Shown here in pieces: positions 1 to 14,418 of a stretch of DNA of 64,000 bases; positions within the stretch are counted from its first letter, which is position 1; the number at the start of each line of letters is the position of its first letter. The position numbers and the translations under genes are program-made. The notes under the pieces were generated by a model that did not search any database, was not told the origin of the DNA, and saw only the letters and a program-made list of their open reading frames with translations. The stretch lies in NCBI RefSeq assembly GCF_009914755.1, contig NC_060944.1, one strand, 5' to 3'. The stretch comes from the human T2T-CHM13v2.0 reference genome, Homo sapiens.

Positions 1-454
<454 letters not shown>

Positions 455-1049
455 TAACTTTTTAAGGTAAAATATAAGTTTTTGCAAAAATATGATAAGC
501 TTTGCACCATTTAGTGTGGAATATAAGACATGACAGATTGTCGTCAGTCTCCCTTTCACTGCATGTGAGCTTCCAGAGAAAAATTTATGGGTGTTCCTGG
601 GATTGGGGTTGGACTTGCCTAATTGCCTAGATTGGGAGTTTGGTAAACTTCTCCTGCTGGACGTGGAGGAGGGGCTGAGCCTTGGGCTGCATTCTCTGCA
701 CCCACCTCTAGTAGGCCTCCCAGGACCACCCACCGCCCAGCACCTGCCCTGGTTGCCAGGGAAACAGCCCTTTATCGAGTGGAGCCATCCCCAACTCAGC
801 CCAGTGATTTGTCCTTGTCTAATTATTATTACTCTTTGCATTTTCCTTTTGGATGAGTGATGGGGGAGGGTCGGGGGGGGGTGGGAGGGTGCAGGAGCAG
901 AGGAGCAGTGATTTGTGGGGCTGGCAGCTTATCTTTGAGAGGAGGACATTTATCTTTCTGGAAGCAGAAAACCGCCCAATGGAGACAAATTCAGCAGTTC
1001 CTGAGTGGTTCTGTTTGTGGATTCACACACTGATCTGGAGTTACCGACC

Positions 1050-1560
1050 TGGAATTGCATGTGCACGTGGGTTTGGGGTGTGGGAATGTGCGCACGTAGC
1101 AAGCAGACCTCTCAGAGTGGCTCTGTCCAGAGCCACAGTCCTGTGAGCGTGTCTGTGGTTATTGTGTGCTCACTGTGTACAGCTCCTAAAATGGTATGTG
1201 CACACGTCTGCATGTGTCTGAATGTGTGTGCACACTTTGACTAGACTAGGCAACCTAGGTGTGCCTGCTTGCATGCACTCATGTGATAACATGTGGCTGT
1301 GTGTGCACATTGTAGACAAAGCAAGGAAAAGCTGGGTGGGTACAGATTGAATATGTAGCTATCAAATGTGTTTGTCTTCATGGGGCTCTGTGTGTAGGGC
1401 CTGAGCACATGTGTAGCCAACTTCTGAGCAGGCCTGCATGTGAACATTGTACACATTGTTATGAGAACCAAAAAATAGACCGTAAAATCAGGGTGCTGAC
1501 CTAAGCCAGAGACACCTGAGATGAAGGCATAGGGTTTGGATAGTATGGAAGATATGCACA
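1050..1560. repeat. Degenerate TG/CA-rich low-complexity tract
   Basis: Recurrent tgtg/gcaca/catg without fixed period. Confidence 0.55.
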
Positions 1561-1579
1561 CTGCACATTTTAGTAGCTG

Positions 1580-2125
1580 GGGTAGATTGCAATAACATCC
1601 CCACTCATTTGTCCCTGCCCGAATCCTTGCCCTTTCAATGTGACTTTGCAGTTCCTCCTAATAGAAGATAAAGTCTATTCCCCTACCGTCTTGACCTGGA
1701 CTGGACTTGAAACTTGCTTTGGGCAATAGAATGAAGTGGAAGGGACAATGAGTCAGTTCTGAGCCTAGGCCTCAAGACAGCTGGCAGCTTCCACTAGCTC
1801 TTTTAGAACTGTGCCCAGCTGCACATGAACAAGGCTCAGCTAGGCTGCTGGAGGATGAGGGACCATTAGAGACTAGGGGGAGAACAGCCCCAGTTATCCT
1901 GGCTGCAGCCATCCTACACCATCTTAGAGCCAACTGACTTGCAAATACATGAGAGAGTCCGGCCAAGACCAGCAGAGCTGCCCTTCCTAACCTTTAGTTG
2001 ACCACAGACACATACGTGAGCCCTGCTGACTCACAGACATGTGAGCAATTACAGTTGTTTTTAAGTCTCGTGAGTATTGGGGTGATTTGTTATGCAGCAT
2101 TATTGTTGCAGTGCATAACTCATTA
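1580..2125 (+). mobile_element. MaLR solo LTR (MLT1G/H-like)
   Basis: caatgtgactttgca...cttgctttgggcaatagaatg; 3' end ggggtgatttgttatgcagcattattg. Confidence 0.75.
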
Positions 2126-2223
2126 CTAACTAAATACTCAGCATACACACAGATGATGTACACACACAGCAAAAGCATATACCATTGACATACACATAGG
2201 ATTGTTGGCTCTGTGTACTAAAA

Positions 2224-2563
2224 GTATTAGTTAGTTATCTGTTGCTGTTACAAATTACTCCAAAATTTAGGAGCTTAACACACAAACATTTATTACCTCA
2301 TAGTTTCTGTGTCTCAGGAATCAGGGCATGGCTTAGCTGAATGTCTTTGGCTCAAGGTCTTTCATGAGGTTACTGTCATATTATTGGGGCTGCAGTCTCA
2401 TCTGAAGACTCAACTGAGGGAGTATCCACTTCCATTTTCACTCACAGGTTGTTGTCAGGATTCTGTTCCTTGATGGTGATTGGTTGGGGCAGGGTCTCCC
2501 TCAATTCCTTGCCATGTGGGGTTTTCCACATGGCAAGCTTACAACATTGCAGAGTGAGACAGA

Positions 2564-2595
<32 letters not shown>

Positions 2596-2778
2596 CAGAG
2601 AGAAGCAATGGTTTTTTTGTAACCTTATTGCAGAAGTGACATCCCATCATTTTTGCCATATTTGTTAGAAAAAGTCACGACATCCAGCCCACACTCAAGG
2701 AAAAAGGAGAGGGGATTACATGAAGTGTGAAAGGAGTGGGGGGATCACTGGGGACTGTCTCAGAGGCTGCCTACCACA
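2224..2778 (-). mobile_element. MaLR solo LTR (MLT1F-like) with internal (GA)n
   Basis: gtattagttagttatctgttgctgttacaaattactccaaaattt...gaagtgacatcccatca...ctgcctaccaca. Confidence 0.8.
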
Positions 2779-3569
2779 CAGGGTGTACAAATAAATAGGC
2801 TCACATTCAGCTGGACTAGCTGTACAAGATCAGCCTTTTTTTCATGGCTTTTGCTCAGCCAAAGACACTGAGTGTCAGAGAAAGTGGGTTTTGCAGGTTC
2901 TAAAGACCCAGGTATTCTATTCTCTTGGTCCTGTCATTGGAGCTAAGGCTATTTTGCCTAGAAAGGAAGCTCTCTCTGCTGTGGGATGGGGGAGGAACAC
3001 TTCACTCCAGACCTTCCAACCAGGATTCCAGACATTCACATCCTGAAGCTTGAGGAGGGACAGGAATCCTCAGGTTCTCAGAGAGGAGGAGCCTTTACTT
3101 AGGGTGTGGCTGGAGGTGGAGATGCTTGAGACCCTCTAGAGGGGCAGATGCTGAGAGCTTTCTCCTTTTTGGGCATCTGACCTGGAGTAATGTGGTCTCC
3201 CTGTGGGATCTGATTTTCCTTCCAAGCCCTTTCTCCTCTGTGGTCTCAGGGCTGGGCTGTCTATGAACATCGCAGACCCAGCCTACACTTCCCCGAGATG
3301 GGCAAGCCCAACCTCTTCCTCCTTAGAGCTCACCTGCCCTTTCCACTCCCTTCCCAACCTGCAATTTCAGGTCCCTTTGTCCCCTCCCCACACCCAGAGC
3401 TGGATATTGATGACCTGGGACCCTGTACACTGCAGCAGCACTGGGCAATGCGCAGCTGTGTGTGTGTGTGCACATGTGTGCGTGTGTGTGAGGGTGGTGG
3501 GACTGAGGTGGGGGGGGTGGATTTCAGTCCCCATATGAAGCCTGCTGCAGATCAAAATAGGCAGATGAA

Positions 3570-3703
3570 GTCAGGAGTGGTGGCTCACGCCTGTAATCCC
3601 AGCACTTATGGAGGCACAGGTGGGAAGATCGCTTGAGCCCAGTAGTTCGAGACCTGCCTGTGCAACACAGCAAGATCCCGTTTTTGTTAAAAAAAAAAAA
3701 AAA
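3570..3703 (+). mobile_element. Alu monomer (FLAM/AluJ left arm)
   Basis: tggtggctcacgcctgtaatcccagcac...cttgagccc...A-tail directly after one arm. Confidence 0.85.
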
Positions 3704-4639
3704 GAAGGGTAGATGTCCTGCCCTGTGAACCAGCCTCATGTTGAAACCTTCTGTTAGGAGAGTGGAGGGCAATGTGTCCTCCCAGAGTCTATGTGGGGCT
3801 CCAGCCCAAAGCTGGGACCCACTGCCCTGCAGGTATTCACCCCTCTCCCTGCTTAGAGCTGCTTACTGCACTGCCCAGGGGGCCAGACTGTCCACCCCCA
3901 GGACAAACTTGGGCTAAGGGTGAAGTCACGTTTCCCAGCTCAGAGCTCTTGAACTGGAGAGTTTTTGAGCCCCTTGTGTAGGGTCCCAGTCCCTCTGCTT
4001 TGAACAAACGTGTGCGTGAGGGTCTTGACATGGTCCAGGGAGGGATGATGGAGTTTGGACTCGGGGGGAGGCGGTGGGGATGGAGAGAAGTGTGGGTGGG
4101 TTTAAGAGACATTTAAGCAGTCGGGCTGACAAGCTCAGAGGATGTAGATATGGCGGCTGGGTGAGGAGATGGTGCAGGAGGGAGGGGGAGGAGGAAGAAT
4201 GACACACAGCATGTTTTCTGTAAAGTTCACTGGGGATAATGAGTGCCTCTGGCATTTGAGTAACAAATACAGCAGCTTTAGTCTCCTGTCCGGGATTGGC
4301 TCTGAGGCACTAATGATACCTAATGATATCTGCATGCAGAACTTCCAGAAGGGCAGGTAGAAACTTAGCTACAAGAGGTCGCTTTCTGGGAAAAGAGGCA
4401 GAGTGTATTCCCTGAAGGCTGTGTTTCCGTAGGAAGTTGGAAGTTGGGCATCCTGAGACTCTGCAAGGACAGTCCATGTCCACCCCTCCCCTCCAAGCCC
4501 CTACCCACTCAAGGTCATCCCTCAGGACTGGTTCCTCCGTGCCTTTTCTCCTTACCCCTACCCTTTGCTTCAATCCAGCCCTGTTTCTGTTTTTGTTCTC
4601 TGAGCTCTGGACTCTGTATTTGTCAGGACTTTATTGACT

Positions 4640-5240
4640 TGTGTAATGAGACACTTAGAGATACATCCGCTTTCAGGAAGCGCTGGATCCAGGAGATTGG
4701 CCAGTGGTGTCAGGTGTCAGCTGTGCTTTGTCTTTCAATGCTCCTTTCCTTTTCATGTTCTTTGAAAAGTTTTTTATGAAAAAATTTTTTTTTGACACGA
4801 GGTCTCACCCTGTCACCCATGCTGGAGTGCAGTCAGGCGATCATAGCTCACTGAGGCCTCCAACTCCTGGGTTTAAGGGATCCTCTCACCTCAGCCTACC
4901 AAGTCTCTGGGATTACAGACTGAGCCACTGCTCCTGGCTCTGTGTTCTTGAGTCTCAGTCTACACAGCTGCTGCAACCCTAGATTTTCACTTTCATGCTG
5001 AACAACCTCAGAGCAAAGAAGACCTTTATTTTCAGGACAGTTCCAGCAAAAGCCTCAGGACTGACTCACTGGTATGAACCAGTCACTGGCCCAGCAGGAC
5101 GTGGCAATTTGCCTGGCTGGGCATGTATGGGTGCTCACTCTGAGGGTTGGCCCAGCCCAGCTCAAACCACACAGCCTGAACGTGGGAGAGGGGTGGTCCT
5201 CAGAATGAAATTGGGGTACTAAAAGCAGAGCAAAGAGGAA
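4640..5240 (-). mobile_element. Old MaLR LTR (MLT1K-like) interrupted by an Alu monomer
   Basis: gctttcagg...gctggatccagg; cagttccagcaaaag; tgaaccagtcactg. Confidence 0.5.
4785..4938 (-). mobile_element. Alu monomer (FRAM/AluJ-like)
   Basis: T-run, gctggagtgcagt...gatcatagctcactg...gggattacag...gagccact. Confidence 0.85.
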
Positions 5241-5453
5241 TGGAGGCCAGGCAGAGAGGACCCATGGAGACTGACCTCAGACCCTACCTTGTCTCTGTCT
5301 CCTTCCTGGCATCTTTGACTTCCAGTATTGGGAACTCACTCACTCATCCAACCCCAGGTTTGGCTCTGACACTGCTTTGGTCACCTGGGGTAGGAAATTT
5401 TGCTCTGGACTCACCAAACCTTGTTCTTTTCCTAACCACTGAAGAGGAAGCAG

Positions 5454-5959
5454 TGTATAAGGGTCCTCCAGAGAAGCAGGACCAATAGGATGTACATGTA
5501 CACGTGGAAACAGATTGATTCTAGGGGCATGACTCCTGCGATGATGGAGGCTGACAAGTCCCAAGGTCTGCAGGGTGAGTTGGCAAGCTGGAGATCCCAG
5601 AGAGCTGGTACTGGAGCTCCTGCCTGAATGCTGGGAGAGACCCAGGAAGAGCTGATGTTTCCATTCTAGGAAGAGCGCAGGAAAATAGGTCAATGTCCCA
5701 GTTGGAAAGAGGTTAGGTAGGAGGAAAGATTCACTTTTACAGCAGGGAGGGTCAGCCTTTTTTCTTCTATTCAGCCCTTCTACTGACTAGTGAGGCCCAC
5801 CCATATTATATGTGGTGGGGGACAGTCTACTTTACTCTGTCCATTTAAATGTTAATCTCATCCCCAAACACCCTCACAGACACACCCAGAATAATGTTTG
5901 AACAAATATCTGGGCACTCCATGGCCCACTCAAGTTGGCACATAAAATTAACCATCGCA
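5454..5959 (-). mobile_element. ERVL solo LTR (MLT2 family)
   Basis: Ends in caagttggcacataaaattaaccatcgca, the reverse complement of the MLT2 start TGTGATGGTTAATTTTATGTGTCAACTTG. Confidence 0.85.
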
Positions 5960-6839
5960 AGCACCAAGTAGGTCATCTCTGACCCTCTCTAAGGCCGGGT
6001 CAGAGAGCTGGTCAGAGGACTGGGCTGAGTTGGAACTCTGACAGGGCATCCTCTCTGTGCCCCGAATGACCTTTTTGCCTACCTTGGAGCAGGTTGTGTA
6101 TTTCATCTGCCTGTACCTCATTCCAAAATATTATCTTCCTTGGTTACCATCAGGGCGGGGGACCCAGGCGAGGTCTGTTGCCAAGTTCCCTCCATAGGCT
6201 CCAACTCTGTCAGGATGGGGTCCACTCTATTATCTCCACACTGTCCTGTGCCCCGGGAAGCCTGACTCCTGGGGGCCGGGGCTTCTGGGCTCCAGGCGGG
6301 GTGGGTCCTAGGAGCCCCCTTGGGATCGGAGAAATGGGGGAGAGCTGCCAGGGGTCGGTTCCCCTGCTCCTGCCACAGGTGTGTCCCTCTTCCCTGGAGG
6401 CGGCCCTCCCTGCGGCTCCCCCGGCACAGGCTCAATGACACTGCCCTTCTTCCTCTCACCCTCAGGTACAGGGACATGGCTGCTCCTGCTGGTCCTGGTT
6501 CCAGGGGGCTCCCCTCCCCTGTTGGGGCTCTCGACCGTGCCCACACCTCTGACAGTCCCCTCATTTTATCTCTGCAGAATCCCAGCAGGCTGTGTTGAGA
6601 GTAGTGTTCCTGTGGGAGCTACCCAGGGGGAGCGGGGGCCAGCTCGGCCCTGAGAGGCTGTGTTGGGGGGACCGTCCTACCCTGTGGGCACTACCAAGTC
6701 TATCTAAGGCTTTGTGTCCAGAGAAGGCTCAGAGCAGTCAACAGGGTTATCCTAAGCGAATCCTACCCTCCATCATTGGTATGATGAATTTGGGCAGTTA
6801 ACTGAGCCTGGGTCACTTTCTTTTATCGCCTCTCATTCA

Positions 6840-6920
6840 TTGTGTGACCCATAGAAAGTCAAGTCAGGTGAGCTTTCTAAGCCTCAATTGCCTCATCTGT
6901 AAAATGGGTATACTAAGACC
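6840..6920 (+). mobile_element. MIR fragment
   Basis: gcctcaattgcctcatctgtaaaatggg core. Confidence 0.7.
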
Positions 6921-7137
6921 TCCCCCAAGGCCACTCTCCATAGCTTATTTCATCCTGCACAGTGGACTTTGTCTTTGGGGAGAATTAAGTTTGGCCCCAA
7001 TTTCATTCATTCATTTGTTCATACATTCAGGGACTGCCCCCTGGACTTCACAGCATGCTAGAGGCTGGGTTGGACCCCTACCCTTCAGGTCAGAAGCAAC
7101 TTCTCTCCCTTCTCTCCCTTTCTCCTTCATAAAGATT

Positions 7138-7370
7138 TTTTTTTTAAAAAGTTGACTTTATCGAGGTATAATTTACATAAAATTTGTATATTTCAGGTTT
7201 ATAGATCAACCATCTTTGACAAATGTATACACCTGTGTAATCTGCACCCCGACCAAGACATAGACCATTTCCATGAGTCTGGAAAGTTCCCTGGAGTTTT
7301 GTTGCAGTCACCTGCCACCCACCCCCCTCACCATCAAGCCACGTCTGATCCAGTTTCCATCACTATCTCT
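7138..7370 (-). mobile_element. Old L1 (L1M) 3' end
   Basis: actttatcgaggtataatttacata...tttgacaaatgtatacacctgtgtaa...caagacatagaccatttcca. Confidence 0.75.
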
Positions 7371-7431
7371 CAGTTGAAATTTTCATTTGCTTTCATTTTG
7401 CCTGTTGTACCCTTTCCCTTTCCCTTCCCTT

Positions 7432-7716
7432 TCTTTTTTTCTTTTTTTTTGAGATGGGGTATTGCTCTGTTGCCCAGGCTGGAGTGAAGTGGTGTGATCA
7501 CAGCTCACTGCAGCCTTGACCTCCCAGACTCAAGCAACCCTCCCACGTCAGCCTCCAGAGTAACAGGGACTACAGGTGTGCACCACTACTGGCTAATTTC
7601 TAAATTTTTTATAAAGATGAGGTCTTGCTATGTTGCCCAGGCCTGGGCTCAAGTGAGCCTCCCACCTCAGTCTCCCAAGGTGCTGGGATTATAGATATGA
7701 GCCACCACACCCAGCC
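7432..7716 (-). mobile_element. AluJ
   Basis: gatcacagctcactgcagccttgacctcc...ctcaagcaaccctcccac. Confidence 0.9.
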
Positions 7717-7819
7717 GTGTTTTACACAAGGAGAGCACATGTCTCCTTGGTAAAACAATATTCATTTTCCTATAACCTATCTTTTTCAACCATTGCCAGT
7801 AATGGCCAGATAAAATACA

Positions 7820-7945
7820 TGAACACAAACACAGACGCGTGCACATACGTGTACCTATGTACACACACAATCCTCTCACATATGCACATTCACACTTACA
7901 CACATACATGCATTACACAAACTTACATATATGCATACAAATATA
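7820..7945. repeat. Degenerate CA/TA tract
   Basis: acac/atac-rich run. Confidence 0.6.
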
Positions 7946-8799
7946 GGTTAAGGAAACTTTTTCAAGGCTCAAAAAGATCTAGGCCATGGTGAGACAGAAC
8001 ACAGTTGTGTTTTTACTGAAACCCCTCGTGATAGTGCACACATGAACACACATGCACACAAGCCCCAAAGCTGAGAATCATTTGCCATCACTTCCTGCTC
8101 CCCTGTCAGAGTCAGCGCAAGAGGAGAAAAATCGGAATTCTTTCCCTGTCTCAAAAGTAAAAGGGACAAATTAGTTTCTTGTCAGTGCACTGCAATAAAT
8201 ACATTGTCATTTTTATCCCCCAGTGAATCATAGTCTCCATTTCTCCCGTAACTATTATACAGTCTGCTGGCACTATATCATTTTTTGGTAATTTTATTTT
8301 CACCAATTGTTTTATGAAATTTTTGAGTTTTATGGACACTAAAACAAATCTAGCCTGCGAGTGTTATAGCCCTTTAAATCATCGGCAGGAAATCTCAAGG
8401 TTCCTCCAGACTGTGGTGGAAGGAGGCTTTAGGGAAGAAAGATCGCCCCTAGCTTATAAACTGAGCAAAAACCCAGAGATAAGTTTGTAAAAGGGACATA
8501 GATCATGGCGGGTGAAAACTGGGGTGTAAAACATCTCCCTGCTCAGCTCCTATAAGAATAAAAATGGACTTTTATTTAGCAGAAACACTAAAGTAGTTGG
8601 GGAGAAGGAACACATGGTCCTAATCTCCTCTTTCTTAGCCACAAGAGCCTGTATTTCCCTGTGGGTCAGTGTGAGCCTAACTCCAGCAGCTCATAGCCAG
8701 GAGGGTAACCAGGTTAGGGACCATCTCAGGGAAGCCAAGAATCCCCGTGATGTTGGCACAAAACACAACCCTCTATATGAATGTCAAGGTCATATCTCT

Positions 8800-9350
8800 G
8801 ATGTCAGTGGAAAAAGGGATAAAACTGACTCTAAAGCACATGGGAAAAGAAAAAACAACAATCCAATCCAACAAGAGGAGAAGAGCTAAATTGATGTGAA
8901 AGAAGGTTTGCCTTACCAGGTATTAAAATGCATTATAAAGCTACAATAATAAAAGCAGCATGTTACTGGCATACGACTAGACAGACAAATCAATGGAATG
9001 AAATAGTCCTAAATAAAACTCAGTCCATGAAAAATGAAAGATCACATATCAATAGAAGAGGGATGGATTATTCAGTAAGTGCTATCTGTAAATGTGGTAA
9101 TTTGGAAAACAGTCAATTTAGATATTTATCTCATTCAAGAGTCCAAAAAATAAAAACTAGACAGATGAAACATTTGAAACTAAAAAATTAAACAATAAAA
9201 TGCTGGAAGAAAGTATTAAAAAAGTATTTGATTTCCAGATGAGGAGGCTTTTATCCATGACTTTGGGTAGAACCGCTAAGAAAAAAGACCAACAGATTTA
9301 GCTTGCAATATGTTTACATGCCTGCATTTCAAGACATATCCCCCACCTAG
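8800..9350 (+). mobile_element. Decayed L1 (L1ME-like) ORF2 fragment, continuing patchily to ~10390
   Basis: ORF 8928 reads HYKATIIKAACYWH-RQTNQWNEI, resembling L1 ORF2 [22 protein letters not shown]. Confidence 0.8.
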
Positions 9351-9361
9351 AGGCCAAAAGA

Positions 9362-9664
9362 GGCTGGGCATGGTGGCTCATGCCTGTAATCTCGGCACTT
9401 TGGGAGGCCAAGGCAGGAGGATTGCTTGAGCCCAGGAGTCTAATATCAGCCTGGGCAATGTGGCAAGACTCTGTCTCTACAAAAAATAATAAGAAAAAAT
9501 TAGCCGGACATGGTGGCATAAGCTTGTGATTCTAGCTGGGAGGGTAAGGTAGGAGGATCGCTTGAACCTAGGAGATTGAGGCTGCAGTGGGCCGTGTTTG
9601 CACCACTGCACTCCATCCTGGGCAACAGAGCGAGACCCTGTCACAAAAAAAAAAAAAAAAAAAA
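9362..9664 (+). mobile_element. AluJ
   Basis: ggctgggcatggtggctc...ggaggattgcttgagcccagg...A-tail. Confidence 0.93.
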
Positions 9665-9839
9665 TGCTGAAAGATAAGCTGACCAAATCTTTTTGACATA
9701 CATGACAGCAAAAGGGAAATCTCTTGATAAAGAAAATCACTAGGACTTAATGGAATGGGCAGAGGATACAACCCTACAATTCATTGAAGAAAAAACAAAT
9801 ATCTCCTAAGCGTAGGAAAACATTTCCCACCATACTAGC

Positions 9840-10335
9840 TGTGATGGTTCATTTTATATGTCAGCTTGTGCCCAGACATGTGGCCAAACATTATTCTGGG
9901 TGTGTCTACTTCTGGATGAGATTGACATTTGAATTTGGGTAGACCAAGTAAAGCAGATTCCCCTTCCTCATGAAGGTGGGTCTCATCCAATCAGTTGAAG
10001 GCTTGAATAGAACAAAAAGGCTGGCCCTCCTGCGAATAGAGGAGCTCCTCCTGCCTGACTATCTTCAAGCTGGGACATCAGGTTTTTTTTCCCCTGGGTT
10101 TGGACTCAAATGGAAACATTGGCTCTTCCTGGGTCTCAAGCCTGCTGGCATTTGGACTAGAACAACACCATTGGCTCTCCTGAGTATCTAGCTTGCCCAA
10201 CTGCAGATTTTGGAACTTAGCTTCTAAAATCGCACATGCCAGTTCCCTCTACTGAATCTCTTTGCATATCAATATCATCTCTATCTATCCATCTCTCCTC
10301 TTGGTGCTGTTTCTTTCGAGAACTGTGACTAATGC
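9840..10335 (+). mobile_element. ERVL solo LTR (MLT2 family)
   Basis: tgtgatggttcattttatatgtca...ctcatccaatcagttgaaggc...gactaat. Confidence 0.85.
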
Positions 10336-10443
10336 GCTGGGCATCAAGGATATACAAATTAAAATCCCACTGATATGCTAGTTTTTCTCATGCCTCTTGA
10401 TTTTTTGAGAATTCTCTGGGATTCTCCTGATCAGAATCTAGAC

Positions 10444-10996
<553 letters not shown>

Positions 10997-11624
10997 ATCT
11001 GGACATTCTTAAGTGTCTCCCAACTTAAAAAATGATCTCTCTTTATTCCCACAGCTGTGTCAAATCATTAGCTCCTCTTGTCCCTCTCACAGCCCACTTT
11101 CTTTAAACTGCTCTCAAGACCTGCCTCTTCCTCTCTTGCCATCCAGTCGTCAAACCCTTCCACGTGGCTTCCCACCTGTCTCTCCTGCGGAACCTCATGT
11201 CTGGGTCCTCATCAGGGTCTGCCTGTCCACCACTCCAGGGGCGCCGTTTGCAGGACTTTGATGGGGGTGATGCCCTGCTGTGCAGTACAGCTGCCCTGCT
11301 GCAGATCCCTGGGAGCTTGCAGCCCTTTCCTTATCAGAGCTTTCAGGTACATTTGACCCGAGGCTGGTAGAGGTGAGGTTTATGGGAGGAGAAGAGAAGA
11401 GAGCCTTCCACGGAGTTTTTAACCCGCATTTCTGCCCCACTCTTTGGAAGTAAATGAGTACATGCTATTTCCTTGCTATCTCAGGTAGGAAAAACAAGCT
11501 CCAAAGAGTCATCCTTTTCATTTTATTTAACTTTGTGTTTAAAAATGTAACAGATACTCCGTTAACCCTGAAAATCTGAACAAGTCTTACTAGTTCTTTC
11601 TACCCACCCACCTTAGCTTGCCTT

Positions 11625-11890
11625 ATTATTATTATTTTTTGTGATGGGGTCTCGCTCTGTTGCCCAGGATGGAGTGCAGTGATGCTATCATAGCTCACTG
11701 CAGCTTCAAACTCCTGGGCTCAAATGGTCCTCCTGCCTCAGCCTCCTGAGTAGCTAGGACTACAGACATGTGCCTTCATGCCCGGCTAATTTTTCTTATT
11801 TTTTGTAGAGATGGGGGTCTCACTATGTTTGCTCAGGCTGGTCTTGAACTCCTAGCTTCAAACGATCCTCTTGCCTCGGTCTCCTAAAGT
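11625..11890 (-). mobile_element. AluJ, slightly 5'-truncated
   Basis: (tta)n tail, atcatagctcactgcag...ends at ctcctaaagtg. Confidence 0.9.
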
Positions 11891-11949
11891 GAATTCGCTG
11901 TATTGTTAATGTGCAAATCGTAGCATCTGGCACATAGGAAAAGGTATAG

Positions 11950-12521
<572 letters not shown>

Positions 12522-12739
12522 TCATTTATGTTTCTAGAACACTCAGCACTTGCTCATGTCAGGACCTTCGGCTGAGCCGTGCCTTCTGCCCTGTCAGCTC
12601 CTCCCTGCTGGGTTTCCTGTGGCTGGTTCCTGCTGTTCCTTCTGGTTAGGCTTCAGATTAACCCCCACCTCATCAGAGAGGCCACCCCTGGCCACAGTTT
12701 AAGGAGCCAGTGAGTGCCCCTTTTATTGGTTATCCCAGT

Positions 12740-13115
12740 TGATATGGTCTGGCTGTGTCCCTACCCAAAATCTCATTTTGAATTATAATCCCCACAATCC
12801 TCACGTGTCAAGGGCGGGACCAGGTGGAGGTAATTGAATCACTGGGGCAGTTTCCCGCATACTGTTCTCGCGATAGTGAGTGAGTCTCACGAGATCTGTT
12901 GGTTTTATAAATGTCCGACATTTCCCCTGTTGCACTCGCTTCAGTTTGCTGCCTTGTGAGGAAGGTGTCTGCTTCTTCTTTGCCTTCTGTCATTATTGTA
13001 AGTTTCCTGAGGCCTCCTCAGCAGTGCAGAACTGTGAGTCAATTCGACCTCCTTCCTTTGTAAATTACCCAGTCTCGGGTGTTTCTTCATAGCAGTGTGA
13101 GAACGGACTAATACA
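12740..13115 (+). mobile_element. THE1 (C/D-like) solo LTR
   Basis: tgatatggtctggctgtgtcc...gaacggactaataca; perfect 5-bp TSD ccagt at 12735 and 13116. Confidence 0.93.
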
Positions 13116-13164
13116 CCAGTCTTTTGTTGGTTTCCTTTTCAGCACTTTTCATAGCTTGCAGTTT

Positions 13165-13470
<306 letters not shown>

Positions 13471-13771
13471 ACTTGCAATGTTTAAAAGTTGATTTGCTGC
13501 TTGCTTTGGCTCTTGTCCATTAGAAGCTAAGCTCCACGAGGACAGGAGCTCCCTTCCCTGAGTGTTGTGGTGTGCCCAGCCCCAAGCACAATGCTTGGGA
13601 CATAGAAGACACTTAGAATGGAGAACTATCCACCAAATTCTCCCCTCTGTCCCACTGAACAAACAGCACTGTTTCCCAGAGAGGTGGAAGGATAACAAGT
13701 GGGAACTTATCTGGCTGAGACTGGTAGCAGCTGTAGATTTGTGAAGAAGGGGGCAGCCTGTTTACATTCGC

Positions 13772-14077
13772 TTATTTATTTATTTATTTATTTATTGAGA
13801 CTGAGTCTCACTCTGTTGCCCAGGCTTGAGTGTAGTGGCTTGATCTCGGCTCACTGCAACCTCTGCCTCCCAGCTCAAGCGATTCTAGTGCCTCAGCTTC
13901 CCGAGTAGCCGGGACTACAGGTGTGAGCCACCACGCCCGGCTAAGTTTTGTATTTTTAGTAGAGATGGGGTTTCACTGTGTTGGACAGGCTGGTCTCAAA
14001 CTCCTGACCGCAGGTGATCCAACTGCCTCGGCCTCCCAAAGTGCTGGGATTACAGGTGTGAACCACTGCACCTGGCT
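13772..14077 (-). mobile_element. AluS with (TTTA)n tail
   Basis: TSD acatt(c/g)gcttattt on both sides. Confidence 0.93.
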
Positions 14078-14104
14078 AACATTGGCTTATTTTTGGTTCT
14101 AGAT

Positions 14105-14418
14105 TGATGCTTTGCGAACTCTAACATGCACGGGCAATCACTTGGGATCTTGTTAAGATGCAGATTCTGATGCAGTAGGTCTGGAGTGTGGCTTAGATTT
14201 GGCATTTCTAACCAGCACTCAGGTGATGCTGATAGTGTTGGCTGCTTTAGGGGGTCACATGTAAAGAAGCAAGGGCCTGGTTCTCAAATTTGGCTGCATA
14301 TTGGAATTACCTGGGACCTTTACCTAGAAATTCTGATGTAATTGGTCTAGGGTATGGCCTGGTTATTGTTTTTATTTTTTAAAGTGCACATTAGTGCAGC
14401 CAAGTTTGAGGACCCCTG
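14105..14418. mobile_element. Two abutting MER5-family elements
   Basis: cttgttaagatgcagattctga...gcatttctaac...caggtgatgctgat; tggttctcaaatttggctgcatattggaattacctggg. Confidence 0.75.

Noticed and set aside
5454-10335. Two MLT2 LTRs as the ends of one provirus
   Set aside because: Opposite orientations and no ERVL internal sequence between them.
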